Virus record (IMG/VR): IMGVR_UViG_2700989102_000001
Span: 1 to 64,000 of that record
Origin: a virus
Lineage: Duplodnaviria; Caudoviricetes
Length of the DNA: 64,000 nucleotides
Direction: 5' to 3' (one strand)
A model generated the notes under the pieces. That model ran no database searches. It saw nothing but the letters and a program-made list of their open reading frames with translations, and was not told the DNA's origin. Every line of letters starts with the position of its first letter. Within the stretch, counting starts at the first letter, position 1. Of this stretch, positions 48,163-57,291 are shown piece by piece. The position numbers and the translations under genes were made by a program.

Positions 48163-49374
48163 ATGCAGAACCGCACGCCGGGTCGGCGCGGAGTCACCGA
48201 CATGTGGTACCGCGACGACGGAACTCCCACCCAACTCGCGGCACCCGGAACCACGCCCAAGAACCCCTCCGGAAGCGGGGCCAGGTGGCGCGCCTGGTAC
48301 ATCGACACCGCCGGAAAGCAGCGCACCAAGAAGTTCCCCAACAAGAAGGGGGCGGAGCGGTGGGCCGACGACCAGGCCAACAAAATCAACACCGGGACAT
48401 GGGTCGCCCCCGAAGTCGCCTCGGAGACCTTCGCAACCGTGGCGGAAAAGTGGTACGCCACCAAGTCCAACCGGGAGGCGACCACCAAGCACGGCTACCG
48501 CAACATCCTCGACACCATCGTCCTGCCGAAGTGGGGTAAGGATTCGTTGGCCTCCATTGACCACGAGTCCCTACAGGACTGGATCAACGAGCTCTCCACC
48601 ACCAGTGAGTACCGGACCAAGGGCTCCGGGGGCTTCTCGGCCTCCAGGACCATCCAGATCCACCTGGTGATGAACGGGGTGCTGAAGTATGCCGTGCGAA
48701 CGGAGAGGATCACCAGGAACCCCGCAGAGGGGTTGGAACTGCCCACCAAGAAGAAGACCTCCCGGCAGCGGTACCTCACCCACGGTCAGCTACAGGAGTT
48801 CGCCGGCGAGATGGGACGCTTCGAGGGCCTAACCCTCCTACTGGGGTACTGCGGCGCCCGCACCAGCGAAGCCTTCGGCGCCAGGGGTAGGGACTTCCGA
48901 GGGAGGGTCTGGGAGCTGCACGGGGCAGTGGTGAGGAAGGTGGAGAAAGACACCAAGACGCACCGGGCCCGGTTCATCCCCGTCCCCGAGGTGGTGTGGA
49001 ACAAGCTCCAGATGCCCGCCAATCCCGATTCCCTGCTCTTCCCCGGCCGGAAGGGGCACATCACCACGGGGGAGTACCGCTGGGCCTTTGACAGGGCCCT
49101 GAGGGCGGTGCAGGAGCGTACGGAGAAGATCCGTCAGGAGGAGATCGCGTCAACAGGGAGAGCGGTGACGCCGGCGTTCCCCACCATCACGCCTCACGAC
49201 CTCCGGCACACCTGCGCATCGCTGGCCATCTCCTCGGGGGCCAACGTCAAGGCCGTCCAGAACCTCCTGGGGCACGCCACCGCAGTGATGACCCTCGATC
49301 TGTATGGGCACTTGCTGTCGGACGATCTCCAGCGGGTGATGGACGCCCTCGATGAAGCGGCGGCTGCGGCATGA
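48163..49374 (+). CDS. int: Tyrosine integrase
   Basis: GARTSE (R), TK, HDLRH, LGH, DLYGH (Y); start uncertain (48145/48163/48202). Confidence 0.95.
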   Translation: MQNRTPGRRGVTDMWYRDDGTPTQLAAPGTTPKNPSGSGARWRAWYIDTAGKQRTKKFPNKKGAERWADDQANKINTGTWVAPEVASETFATVAEKWYATKSNREATTKHGYRNILDTIVLPKWGKDSLASIDHESLQDWINELSTTSEYRTKGSGGFSASRTIQIHLVMNGVLKYAVRTERITRNPAEGLELPTKKKTSRQRYLTHGQLQEFAGEMGRFEGLTLLLGYCGARTSEAFGARGRDFRGRVWELHGAVVRKVEKDTKTHRARFIPVPEVVWNKLQMPANPDSLLFPGRKGHITTGEYRWAFDRALRAVQERTEKIRQEEIASTGRAVTPAFPTITPHDLRHTCASLAISSGANVKAVQNLLGHATAVMTLDLYGHLLSDDLQRVMDALDEAAAAA

Positions 49375-49391
49375 CCTGGGCGAATGGAAGA

Positions 49392-49634
49392 GCCATGGTG
49401 CGTACTATCTGCATACGGCCCCTCGGTGTGTACGGCCTCCGGGGTGAAAAACCCCCTCTGACCAGTGCCCTCGGTGAGATTCGAACTCACACTGTACGGG
49501 TTTTGAATCCTTTGCTCTCGCATTTTCTACCTGCGGGATTGCAGATCCTCAACACTGTTTCCGCAGGTTGAGTAGATGACGAGTGGTGACTGTTGCGAGT
49601 GGGCGAGCGCCATGGTGCATACGGCCTGCATACG
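49392..49634. promoter_or_regulatory. attP region with paired arm-type repeats flanking the core
   Basis: GCCATGGTGCGTACTATCTGCATACG (49392-49417) vs GCCATGGTGCATACGGCCTGCATACG (49609-49634). Confidence 0.7.
49465..49510 (-). other. attP common core = 3' half of tRNA-Leu(CAA)
   Basis: Minus strand GGATT-CAA-AACCC...GTGAG-TTCGAAT-CTCAC-CGAGGGCAC (anticodon loop, T arm, acceptor strand), just after int. Confidence 0.88.
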
Positions 49635-50060
49635 ATGCGAGGGTTCTGCGGAGCGTCGCCGGGGCGAGGGCTGAACGATGGGCGCGGGCTAGCAAACTGT
49701 TTGCCGGGGTCACAGAAGCCCCCAGAAGGCTCGAACACCCTTTCGAGGGGTATTCACCTAGGGCTGGCCTGAAAGTCCGCCTACGGCCCATCCGTGGGGC
49801 GGGGAATCGGCATCCCCGGCTTGAGGGTCGAGCCGCGCGCAGGCCTAGAAGCACCTGTAAAAGATTAGATAGAAAAACAATGTTTCCTGATCTCTGGTTC
49901 TCAAGCCGACCACAAGCCCAACCGGACCCTACGTCGGAACAACCTCTCGACGGCCGCCGTCAGGCGGCTACGGAAGTGCCCCCACCGCCCCATGTTGACC
50001 GGGATGAGACCCCGGTCACAGGAAACATTTGCGGGTTTTTCCCGTTCCGTAAGGGATTCT

Positions 50061-50220
50061 TGTAACAGGACCTGTCACGCAGTCTGTCACGCACCTTGTC
50101 ACGCACCTTGTCACGCGTGACACAGGATAAGGATAAGGATAAGGATCTAGGAGCCTAGGATGAGGCTCCAGGATTTTTAGGATCAGGTCCAGGTTCAGGT
50201 TGAGGATCGGGACTAGGAGC
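50061..50220. repeat. Iteron-like array plus AGG hexamer tract (candidate origin)
   Basis: TGTAACA/TGTCACG at 12-bp period (50061, 50073, 50085, 50097, 50109); palindrome TGTCACGCGTGACA; (AGGATA)3 then an AGGNNN run. Confidence 0.75.
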
Positions 50221-50225
50221 GAAAA

Positions 50226-50618
50226 TTGGATCTCAGCGATATCGACGGTACCGCGTTGGACACACGTCTGAAGCACACCGTCTTGACCGACATGATCTTG
50301 CAGGACGAGCTGTCCGGGGAAGAGTTTCGGGACTTCATCAACCTGTTGGTGTGGTCGGTGTCTTTGGTGAGCGATGGGGCGTTCAGTAGCCGCGCTGCCA
50401 TGCGCATCGCACACCTCCCCAAGGAATCGTTGGAGAGGTTCTGCGAGTTGGGGTTGGTGAGCGATCGGGGCGACCACTACCGGATCGGGGATCGGTTCTG
50501 GAAGTGGCAGAGTTCCCGGGCCGACCTGGAGCAGCTGGCCCGCCGGCGCGCAAGCGCCCGTGAACGGCAGAAGGAGAAGCGCACACGGGAGGCCAGCGGC
50601 CTGCAGGTGGTGCAATGA
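50226..50618 (+). CDS. Replication initiator N-terminal-domain-like (winged helix) protein
   Basis: AGGAG RBS; SDG...LGLV...YRI.D.F.KWQ.SR...ARERQ pattern typical of phage initiator N-termini (inference). Confidence 0.55.
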   Translation: MDLSDIDGTALDTRLKHTVLTDMILQDELSGEEFRDFINLLVWSVSLVSDGAFSSRAAMRIAHLPKESLERFCELGLVSDRGDHYRIGDRFWKWQSSRADLEQLARRRASARERQKEKRTREASGLQVVQ

Positions 50619-50681
50619 ATTGGGTCTTCTAATTGCATCGCAGTGTGATAGGATTAACTCTGAACTGCGATTGGAGTGGGC

Positions 50682-50888
50682 ATGGAGATGATGTTCACCA
50701 CGGGGGCTAACTGGACCGACGGAAAGCGCAATGTCGTCATCGAAGAGGAGTACGTCTCCCGCGGAACGCGCGCCTTTGTCATCCGGAATCTGGAGACGGA
50801 TCGCAAAAGTCGAATTGAACTGCCGGGGTTAACCCGCAAGTTCAATTACGTCGGCCATGACCCGAACTACACACCGAAGGGACCCTGA
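50682..50888 (+). CDS. Hypothetical protein
   Basis: Follows extended -10 TGaTAGGAT (50646-50654); GGAG RBS. Confidence 0.6.
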   Translation: MEMMFTTGANWTDGKRNVVIEEEYVSRGTRAFVIRNLETDRKSRIELPGLTRKFNYVGHDPNYTPKGP

Positions 50889-50891
50889 ATC

Positions 50892-51080
50892 ATGAAGATC
50901 ATCGTAGAAATCGACTACGACCCCAACTTGTCCTATTACCCGGACGAGGTCACCACAAAGCTGGAGGCACTCCAGTTCGAGGTAGCCGCCTTGGAGGAGG
51001 GCACCACGGATGTCGGGATGTTTATCAACCACATAAAAAATATCTACGTGGTGGATGACGACGGCGTTCGGGTGGATTGA
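50892..51080 (+). CDS. Hypothetical acidic protein
   Basis: Operon continuity. Confidence 0.6.
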   Translation: MKIIVEIDYDPNLSYYPDEVTTKLEALQFEVAALEEGTTDVGMFINHIKNIYVVDDDGVRVD

Positions 51081-51275
51081 TGCTCTCCATTTTTATCCGA
51101 TCGTTGGCCCCGCTACTTATGATCCCCTACGGGCAGTGTGTTGTCAGGCCCATGATTGATGCCGGCTTCGGTCCATGGGTGGTGGGGACGGCGATGGCCG
51201 CGCCCATTGTGGGATTTCTTATTGGGTGCGTTCGGGAGCGCCGAACGTGAAGCTCACCACCGAGGAGTTGGAACA

Positions 51276-51677
51276 GTGACCCCCGAGTTACGTGACGTAC
51301 TCACAGAAGCCCTCGTTGCACACGGGGCGCTGTCCCTCGACGCGTCCCCCGAGGGTGACGTAATCGAATGTGTTTGCGGATGGCACTACACCCGTGAGGA
51401 CCACGCTAAGCATCAAGCCAGCGTCATCGCGTCTCTTCCGGGTGTGGCGGTAATCCAACTACCCGACGAAATGACGGATCGCACCAACGTGGCAGAGAAG
51501 ATCCGATGTCAACCGATGTGGGAGCACCAAGGCTCGTGGGCGACGGTCGAAGGTGACGAGGTCGAGTTTGAAGCCGATAACCAAATGGTGTGCGGCATCA
51601 TCCCGGTCAACTCCGTCCCGGGGTTGGTTTCAGTTCTCGCCGCTGCTGCGGTTGTAGCCGAGGGGGAAGACAAGTGA
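51276..51677 (+). CDS. Modular small protein (ELRDVLTEAL / LPGVAVIQLP / AAAVVAEGE)
   Basis: GAGGAG RBS; identical DNA boxes with the 46869 and 47533 genes. Confidence 0.75.
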   Translation: MTPELRDVLTEALVAHGALSLDASPEGDVIECVCGWHYTREDHAKHQASVIASLPGVAVIQLPDEMTDRTNVAEKIRCQPMWEHQGSWATVEGDEVEFEADNQMVCGIIPVNSVPGLVSVLAAAAVVAEGEDK

Positions 51678-52018
51678 GCGATCAGACACGTATCGAAGCG
51701 ACTCTCGGGCAGATGTTTCGGGACCACTTCTTCGACAGCCCCCACGAGGACACCCGGTGCTGTGTTGAAGAGTTCCTGGAAGCGTTGAAAGCGAACCGCA
51801 TAGCACTCATAGAACTCCCCGAACCGTCCTACGAAGACGACACCGGCGGGATTGGATTCAACGGCGGACCCGGTGACCGTGAGATCGCCGCTGAGCGTGG
51901 CGTGTATGTCTTCGGTGGCGGGGTTTTTGACCAGTGGGACGGCGTGAACCCCGACCAGGCCCGGAAGATTGGTAGCTGGTGGATCGCTGCCGCTGCTGCT
52001 GCGGAGGTGACCGAATGA
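51674..52018 (+). CDS. Modular small protein (ANRIALIELPEP family)
   Basis: GTGA overlap; motif shared with the 47533 gene. Confidence 0.75.
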   Translation: MSDQTRIEATLGQMFRDHFFDSPHEDTRCCVEEFLEALKANRIALIELPEPSYEDDTGGIGFNGGPGDREIAAERGVYVFGGGVFDQWDGVNPDQARKIGSWWIAAAAAAEVTE

Positions 52019-52780
52019 GCTGGCTCAAAGAACCCGTTCCTCCATCCGAGAATTACGCCAGCCCGCTCATCACCCGTGTGGAATTGGTGGACCATCGTTC
52101 GTCGGCCGGTAAACCCGGAAGAGTGTTCTCCGCCTTCGACGTGGAGAATGTTCTCGTCTCCGTCCAGGATGATGGGCGGACGTTGAAAGTGTTTGTGAGT
52201 TGACGAGATACTTCTACGTACCGGGCATGGCCCATCCGTATTGGATTGTCAGCGAGGAGCATGACTGGCCCGAGCCCGGCGATGTCACAACAGTGGCAAC
52301 GAACTCTGCGGCTAGCACCGACATGGGCGATCTGTACGACACAGAGTTTTTTGATCTCTTCCCGAATGCGGTGGAGATTTCCAAGGAGGAATTCAAGGCG
52401 CGATGATCGACGATCTCGACATCCCATATGGCATCTGCCCGTCCCAGGTGGATGGGTTCACCGCCGACAGGCGACCCTTTTACTTCCGCTGTCGCCACGC
52501 TCGCTGGACTATCGCCATTGGCGAGGTGGGCTGGGGAGCGAACTGCCTGTCTTGGCCGGAGAGCTTCCGCGAACGAATCGAGTTCTCCGGTAAGGGGGAC
52601 TATGTGTCCAAGGTTGAGGTGGACACTCTTCTGACCGAGCACCTGGGCGAGGGGTGGCGCCAGGCCACGTGGGAAGAGTGCCTCTTCACCAGGACGTGCA
52701 GATGCGGAAAAGACTTTGAGGCCAGTGGCAGATCCATCTGCAGGGAATGCATGGTGAAGAAGCTCCGGGGAGACGGATGA
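52015..52780 (+). other. Three small coupled hypothetical genes (52015-52203, 52200-52406, 52403-52780)
   Basis: 4-nt overlaps and RBSs. Confidence 0.6.
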
Positions 52781-52944
52781 CCGTGCGCCGACGCAATCCA
52801 ACGATGGCTGAAAGAAGGCTGACATGACTGCAGCTACCGACCGATACTTGCGCACGTAAATTTTGATACAGCAAAGACGTTAGCACCGGAAAAGATCTTG
52901 ATAATCCACCTTTATCCGCTTGGTAAGTTCCGGTATCTTGGTTA

Positions 52945-53196
52945 GTGATGCTACGAGGGGCTATAGCAGTAGCGATCATGGTGGGGATTGGCGTGGCGGG
53001 GGCCGCGCCTGTAAGCGCGGATGGCTGTTCCCGCCCGGTCGTGCTACTCAACGGTGAAGAGGTGCCGCAGCACCAGCCAACGCTGCGGTGTAACGGTGTC
53101 GGCGGCTCCATGGGGAGCGGCGGCGCCCGACCCAGGGGGCTCCTGGGCAACTTTCCAATCGTCGGGAACCTCCCCGGCCTAGGCGGCATTCTTTAG
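52945..53196 (+). CDS. Small secreted protein
   Basis: Signal peptide ending VSA; AT-rich upstream region. Confidence 0.55.
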   Translation: MMLRGAIAVAIMVGIGVAGAAPVSADGCSRPVVLLNGEEVPQHQPTLRCNGVGGSMGSGGARPRGLLGNFPIVGNLPGLGGIL

Positions 53197-53886
53197 GCCG
53201 CGCTGCAGCTTCCTGAAGCCTTTCATCTTTTGCTGCCACGAGTATGCCGCTGCGATGGCGAAGCCGATCAGCCACATTGCAGTGCCCATGAGGATCGCCC
53301 AGTAGGCGCGTTCCCCGCCCCATAGGTTGACGTCGGTCATCATGCACGCCAGGGCGACCATCTGGCCGAGCTGGGCAATGAACCCTGCAGCGCATGGCAC
53401 CAGGAACAGAACGGCCATGCGCCGCTGCCGCACGTCGCCAGCGAGGACGACCAGGGCTAGGATCGCAAACCCTAGAAGATAGGCGGTGGTCGCGGTCATC
53501 GCCACGGAGTAGATCTCGATGTAGATCGGGATGCTCCACTGGCGCCCGCGCAGCTCGGCCGTGAACCCTCCGCCGAGGAATAGGGCGGCGACCATGGCGA
53601 GGACGCCCGCCAGCATTGGATTGGCCACCCACCGCCGGACGATGTGCCAGGTGTCTCCTTCTATGCGGGAGACCGCGGTGGTGGCGATGGCCCCGGCGCC
53701 GGCGACGAGGCAGATGTGCCCCGCCACCTGGAGCAGCCCGAGGCAGAAGGTGAGAACGATGCTGAGCCCGAGGAGGGCGACAGCAATGGTGGATGCCAAC
53801 TCCCAGCGCAGGGACCAGGTCATCCATCGCACCCGGAGGCTCCAGCCGAGGCAGGAGAGGGCGGCGATCGTTAGGGCAGTTGTCAT
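53179..53886 (-). CDS. Polytopic membrane protein (about 7 TM) downstream of the repressor
   Basis: Repeated hydrophobic helices; GAAGG RBS. Confidence 0.75.
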   Translation of the reverse strand: MTTALTIAALSCLGWSLRVRWMTWSLRWELASTIAVALLGLSIVLTFCLGLLQVAGHICLVAGAGAIATTAVSRIEGDTWHIVRRWVANPMLAGVLAMVAALFLGGGFTAELRGRQWSIPIYIEIYSVAMTATTAYLLGFAILALVVLAGDVRQRRMAVLFLVPCAAGFIAQLGQMVALACMMTDVNLWGGERAYWAILMGTAMWLIGFAIAAAYSWQQKMKGFRKLQRGLKNAA

Positions 53887-53991
53887 GCTTGGCCTTCAAG
53901 AAAAGCGCGGAAACGGTCGCTGCCAAGTAAACGCTTTATTAAGCAAGATCAACAGGGGGCTAAGAAAATATTAAGGCCCGATGCTGAATCG

Positions 53992-54411
53992 TTATATAGG
54001 CGGGGCATCCTGACGGGCGCGGAACCTAGCCAGCCTCCCCGTCTTCTTCCTCGTCTGGACTTTTAAAGAGCTGGGCTCAGTCCTGTTCAGGACCTCTTCG
54101 AGCAGTTCCTCGGTCTCCACCATCCCTAGGTCGGGCTCGTGGCGCACCACTGTGTCATATTCTTCTGCCCGGCCGTAGCCGGCGGCGGCCATCGCTTCGG
54201 GGAGTGTGGACCCCTCGCCGAACTGGCGCCAGAAGTTGACCACCTTGTCCGCGGAGGGCTTCGTGAACCCTTCCGCCTTGATCCAGTTGCCGACCATCGA
54301 CCCTGATGCGTCGACCAATTTGCCAATCTGCTCGTTGGTCAGATCCCCCCGGTGTGCATCCAACTGACGCAGAACGTACCGGGACCATGTCTGCGCGAAG
54401 TCTCCATCCAT
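53992..54411 (-). CDS. Immunity repressor (XRE HTH)
   Basis: LTNEQIGKLVDASGSMVGNWI HTH and AMAAAGY; divergent from Cro-like gene; leaderless TTGCAA-18-TAGCGT promoter. Confidence 0.8.
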   Translation of the reverse strand: MDGDFAQTWSRYVLRQLDAHRGDLTNEQIGKLVDASGSMVGNWIKAEGFTKPSADKVVNFWRQFGEGSTLPEAMAAAGYGRAEEYDTVVRHEPDLGMVETEELLEEVLNRTEPSSLKVQTRKKTGRLARFRARQDAPPI

Positions 54412-54691
54412 GGTTAAGACGCTACTCCACTGTGGTGAGATGTTGCAACACCCGCAATTTAACTGCAGTGCGGATTTCGTTGGCAAAACCCCTGTTCAGG
54501 TACCGGTTCCATGTCTCACAACAATGTAACTCCACCCCTGGGAGGCGTTGCAGCAACTCAACATTAGGCACATTAGAGGTTTGCCGAAGCCTTGCGTGGG
54601 TAACGACAGCGCACTACAGTGAATCCCATCACGCAGCGCAGTTGAATTGCACTGCTAATCCAGAGCAGTACCGCGAGGGGATGGTGATTCC
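54412..54691. promoter_or_regulatory. Divergent repressor/cro control region with operator-like 12-mers
   Basis: Rightward TTGCGT-17-TACAGT (54592-54620); YGCANNRCAGTK at 54461, 54610, 54632. Confidence 0.7.
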
Positions 54692-54916
54692 ATGGCTTTC
54701 TTCCGTGTCAACCACGAGGGCTTTCAGCGCATCAAGCAGCAAGGCCTGGCCAAAAGCGATCGGGCGATCGCGAAGATGTTTCAGGTAGATCCGGCGACGA
54801 TGCACCGGGTCCTCAACGGCAAGACCGAACCGACCGGCCGAGTGGTTGCCGGTGCGATGGCGGCGCTCGGCCCAGCATGGGTTGGCATCCTCTTCGACCT
54901 CGTGGACGAACAGTGA
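54692..54916 (+). CDS. Cro-like HTH protein
   Basis: SDRAIAKMFQVDPATMHRVLNGKTEP. Confidence 0.8.
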   Translation: MAFFRVNHEGFQRIKQQGLAKSDRAIAKMFQVDPATMHRVLNGKTEPTGRVVAGAMAALGPAWVGILFDLVDEQ

Positions 54917-55158
54917 ATACCTGCTACCGCGGCCACGAGCGATCCGAGGAAAACACCTACGTCTTCTTCGACAACGGCCAGAAGAAACACATGTGCCGCG
55001 AGTGCCGCCGCAAGGTCGGCCGAGTGTGCGACTACTGCAACAACGTCTTCACCACCACCCTTCAGCGGGACTCCTGGACCTGCCCGACCTGCACCAGCGG
55101 CGGGGTTGTCACCAAAGACTTCACCCCACTGGGGTCCACCTGGGTTACGAGCGGATAG
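54913..55158 (+). CDS. Zn-ribbon protein
   Basis: C..GH...CREC, CDYC, CPTC. Confidence 0.65.
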   Translation: MNTCYRGHERSEENTYVFFDNGQKKHMCRECRRKVGRVCDYCNNVFTTTLQRDSWTCPTCTSGGVVTKDFTPLGSTWVTSG

Positions 55159-55166
55159 GACAGAAC

Positions 55167-55523
55167 ATGAGGAACACAGCTCTTCTCAACGAGGTCATGC
55201 AGTTCATCCTCGATTACCCCGAGGCGCACGATCAGACCATTTTCTCGAACGCCGAGGGCACTATCGGGTGCTTCGCGGGCTGGACCTGCTACCTGGCCGG
55301 CTATGACCGGGTTCTCGACGACTTCGTGAATGTGAACACTCCCGAGGGGCCTGCTGCGACTGGGGACGTGGCGCAGCGGGTGTTGGGGCTCACTCTCGAC
55401 GAGAGCCGCGACCTCTTCCTCTCCAAGAACGGGGTCGCAGACCTCCAATTGATGGTTGCTGACCTTGTAGCGGGCAAGCCACTCGGCTCCGCCACCAGTT
55501 ACTGGCAGAAGACGGGGCACTAG
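55167..55523 (+). CDS. Hypothetical protein
   Basis: PEAHDQ...CFAGW motif; AGGA RBS. Confidence 0.7.
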   Translation: MRNTALLNEVMQFILDYPEAHDQTIFSNAEGTIGCFAGWTCYLAGYDRVLDDFVNVNTPEGPAATGDVAQRVLGLTLDESRDLFLSKNGVADLQLMVADLVAGKPLGSATSYWQKTGH

Positions 55524-56321
55524 ATGATCCCCGCACTTACGCATTTCGATGCGAGACGGAAGTTCCTCGCCGAATCCGTCCGCTACAACAGCACCGGCCA
55601 GAAGCTCGACATCTGGCTTCCCCTCAATCCCGTGGATGCACCGGTCTTCATGTTCATCCCCGGCGGGGCCTGGACCATCGGGGATCGGCGCGGCCAAGGC
55701 TACGCCATCATGTCCCACCTTATTCAACAAGGCTGGATCTGTGTCGCCATCGACTACCGCACCGCTCCCCAGAACCAATGGCCCGCCCCTTTCGAAGATG
55801 TCAACGACGCCTGGAATTGGGTTGTCTCGAACATTCACGCTTACGGCGGGGGAGACTTCCTCGCGGTCGGGGGAGCTTCCGCCGGCGGCCACATGGCCTC
55901 ACTCTTGGGATTGACCACATGGTCATTCTCTAAACCCGATGCAGTGATTTCTTTGTACGGGGTGTACGACTGGACCTCCAAGAGCCTCGACCACTGGTTG
56001 ATCAACCGGTACGTGGAGAACGTTGTGGTGGGCCGACGCGACCCCGAAACCCTCCGCGTCTCCTCGCCCATCCATCAGGTGCACCACGACGCCCCGCCTT
56101 TCCTGATCATCCAGGGGGATAGGGATCTGGTTACTCCGCAGGGCGGGGCGAAGAAGTTCCACCAGAAGCTCGTGAAGACCTCCCAGAATCCGGCGGTGTA
56201 TCACAACATCCCCGGCGGGGTGCACGGGTTCGACCTGATCCAGCCTCGGCAGACCAAGTCCGCAGTGGGGGCTATCGACCACTTCCTCTCTTCCCGCATC
56301 GCCCTCCAGGAGGCGTCGTGA
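55524..56321 (+). CDS. Alpha/beta hydrolase (HSL-family esterase/lipase)
   Basis: PGGAW, DYR, GASAGG, GDRD, HGFD (S-D-H triad). Confidence 0.9.
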   Translation: MIPALTHFDARRKFLAESVRYNSTGQKLDIWLPLNPVDAPVFMFIPGGAWTIGDRRGQGYAIMSHLIQQGWICVAIDYRTAPQNQWPAPFEDVNDAWNWVVSNIHAYGGGDFLAVGGASAGGHMASLLGLTTWSFSKPDAVISLYGVYDWTSKSLDHWLINRYVENVVVGRRDPETLRVSSPIHQVHHDAPPFLIIQGDRDLVTPQGGAKKFHQKLVKTSQNPAVYHNIPGGVHGFDLIQPRQTKSAVGAIDHFLSSRIALQEAS

Positions 56322-56436
56322 CCACTCCTGCGATCATCTTCCTCGCCTCCGTAGGAATCGCCCCCATCGTGGCGCTCCTCATCGGCACCGTCCAGGCTAG
56401 GGCCGAGCGGTGGGCGCACGATAAGGACTTTTGGCT

Positions 56437-56987
56437 ATGAGGACCTGCACGCGCGAAGACTGCGAGCGGAAACACCACGCCAGGGGATACTGCAAGTTCC
56501 ACTACAAGCGCTGGCACGACGGTGTCGACCTAGACCGCCCCTACGGCCCCGGTCGGCTGAGGTTCTTCGACTGGGCGATGTGCGGAACGCCAGCCCAATA
56601 CAAGAAGCATCTTCGGCACAACATCCCGATGTGCGAGCCGTGCCGGAAAGCGGAGAGTCGACGCCAGCAGGATCGGCCATGAAAGATTCCTCGGAACATT
56701 TACAGGGATCTGATCATGGCGCTGATAAAATTGGACTACCCGAAGGACTGCAAGACTGGGGGCCAGCGTGCGGAATGCGAGAAGAACTTCTCACGCTCCC
56801 AGTGTGCAGAAAACCCGCTACGCACAGTCTCAACGACTGCGACAACGTCGTTTTGACTTGCCTCGAATGTCATCAAGCTTATATGGATTATCTTCGCCAC
56901 GAGGTGTCCACCTTCCCCAAGGCGAAGTGCAAGACCTGCGAACAGGATGTTGATCTCCTGCTCCACCTTCAGCTGAAGAAGCTGTAA
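56437..56987 (+). other. Two small Cys/His-rich hypothetical genes (56437-56682, ~56679-56987)
   Basis: C..C..HHARGYCKFH and CxxC pairs. Confidence 0.55.
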
Positions 56988-57008
56988 CAACAGACTTACA
57001 TCGCTTTT

Positions 57009-57290
57009 CACGGCGGGATGCCAGCGTTCTCCAAAGTCGATGGGGATGACGATTCCACCAGCCCTCGGGTGCCGTGTTGAGTACATAAAAATGTGACGGG
57101 TTAAGCCATAGGGGCAGAAATGCCGCCCGCGGGGACACATAAACCCCGCCGTTAGCCTTCGGGCGCGTAGACCCACTTCGGTGGAGGATCAAGCTTACCC
57201 AGTTTTTTGCAGAGAAATCTGCAGCGCACGGCCGGAACGGTCCGGCATGAATTCCGATTCATCAAGGTTCAACTCCTTGCGTGCGCACCA
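57009..57290 (+). ncRNA. Ornate structured ncRNA with 3' tRNA-like domain ending ACCA
   Basis: Two GAAA and two cUUCGg tetraloop hairpins; multibranch stem; 7-bp acceptor, T arm (TTCAACT) and ACCA at 57224-57290. Confidence 0.75.
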
Positions 57291-57291
57291 G

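Noticed and set aside
49465-49510. Complete tRNA-Leu gene
   Set aside because: Only the 3' half is present, with no D arm or 5' acceptor strand; it fits an attP core.
49583-50065. 160-aa ORF next to attP
   Set aside because: Arg/Pro-rich, no RBS, and overlaps attP arm sites; probably non-coding.
50061-50220. CRISPR array, or the 50016..50615 minus ORF
   Set aside because: Repeats are 6-12 bp with no spacers, and no cas operon is present; the minus ORF is a low-complexity shadow of the repeats.
57224-57290. Canonical tRNA or tmRNA
   Set aside because: No 7-nt anticodon loop, no U8/A14 or variable region, no G3:U70 and no tag ORF; reported as a tRNA-like element instead.
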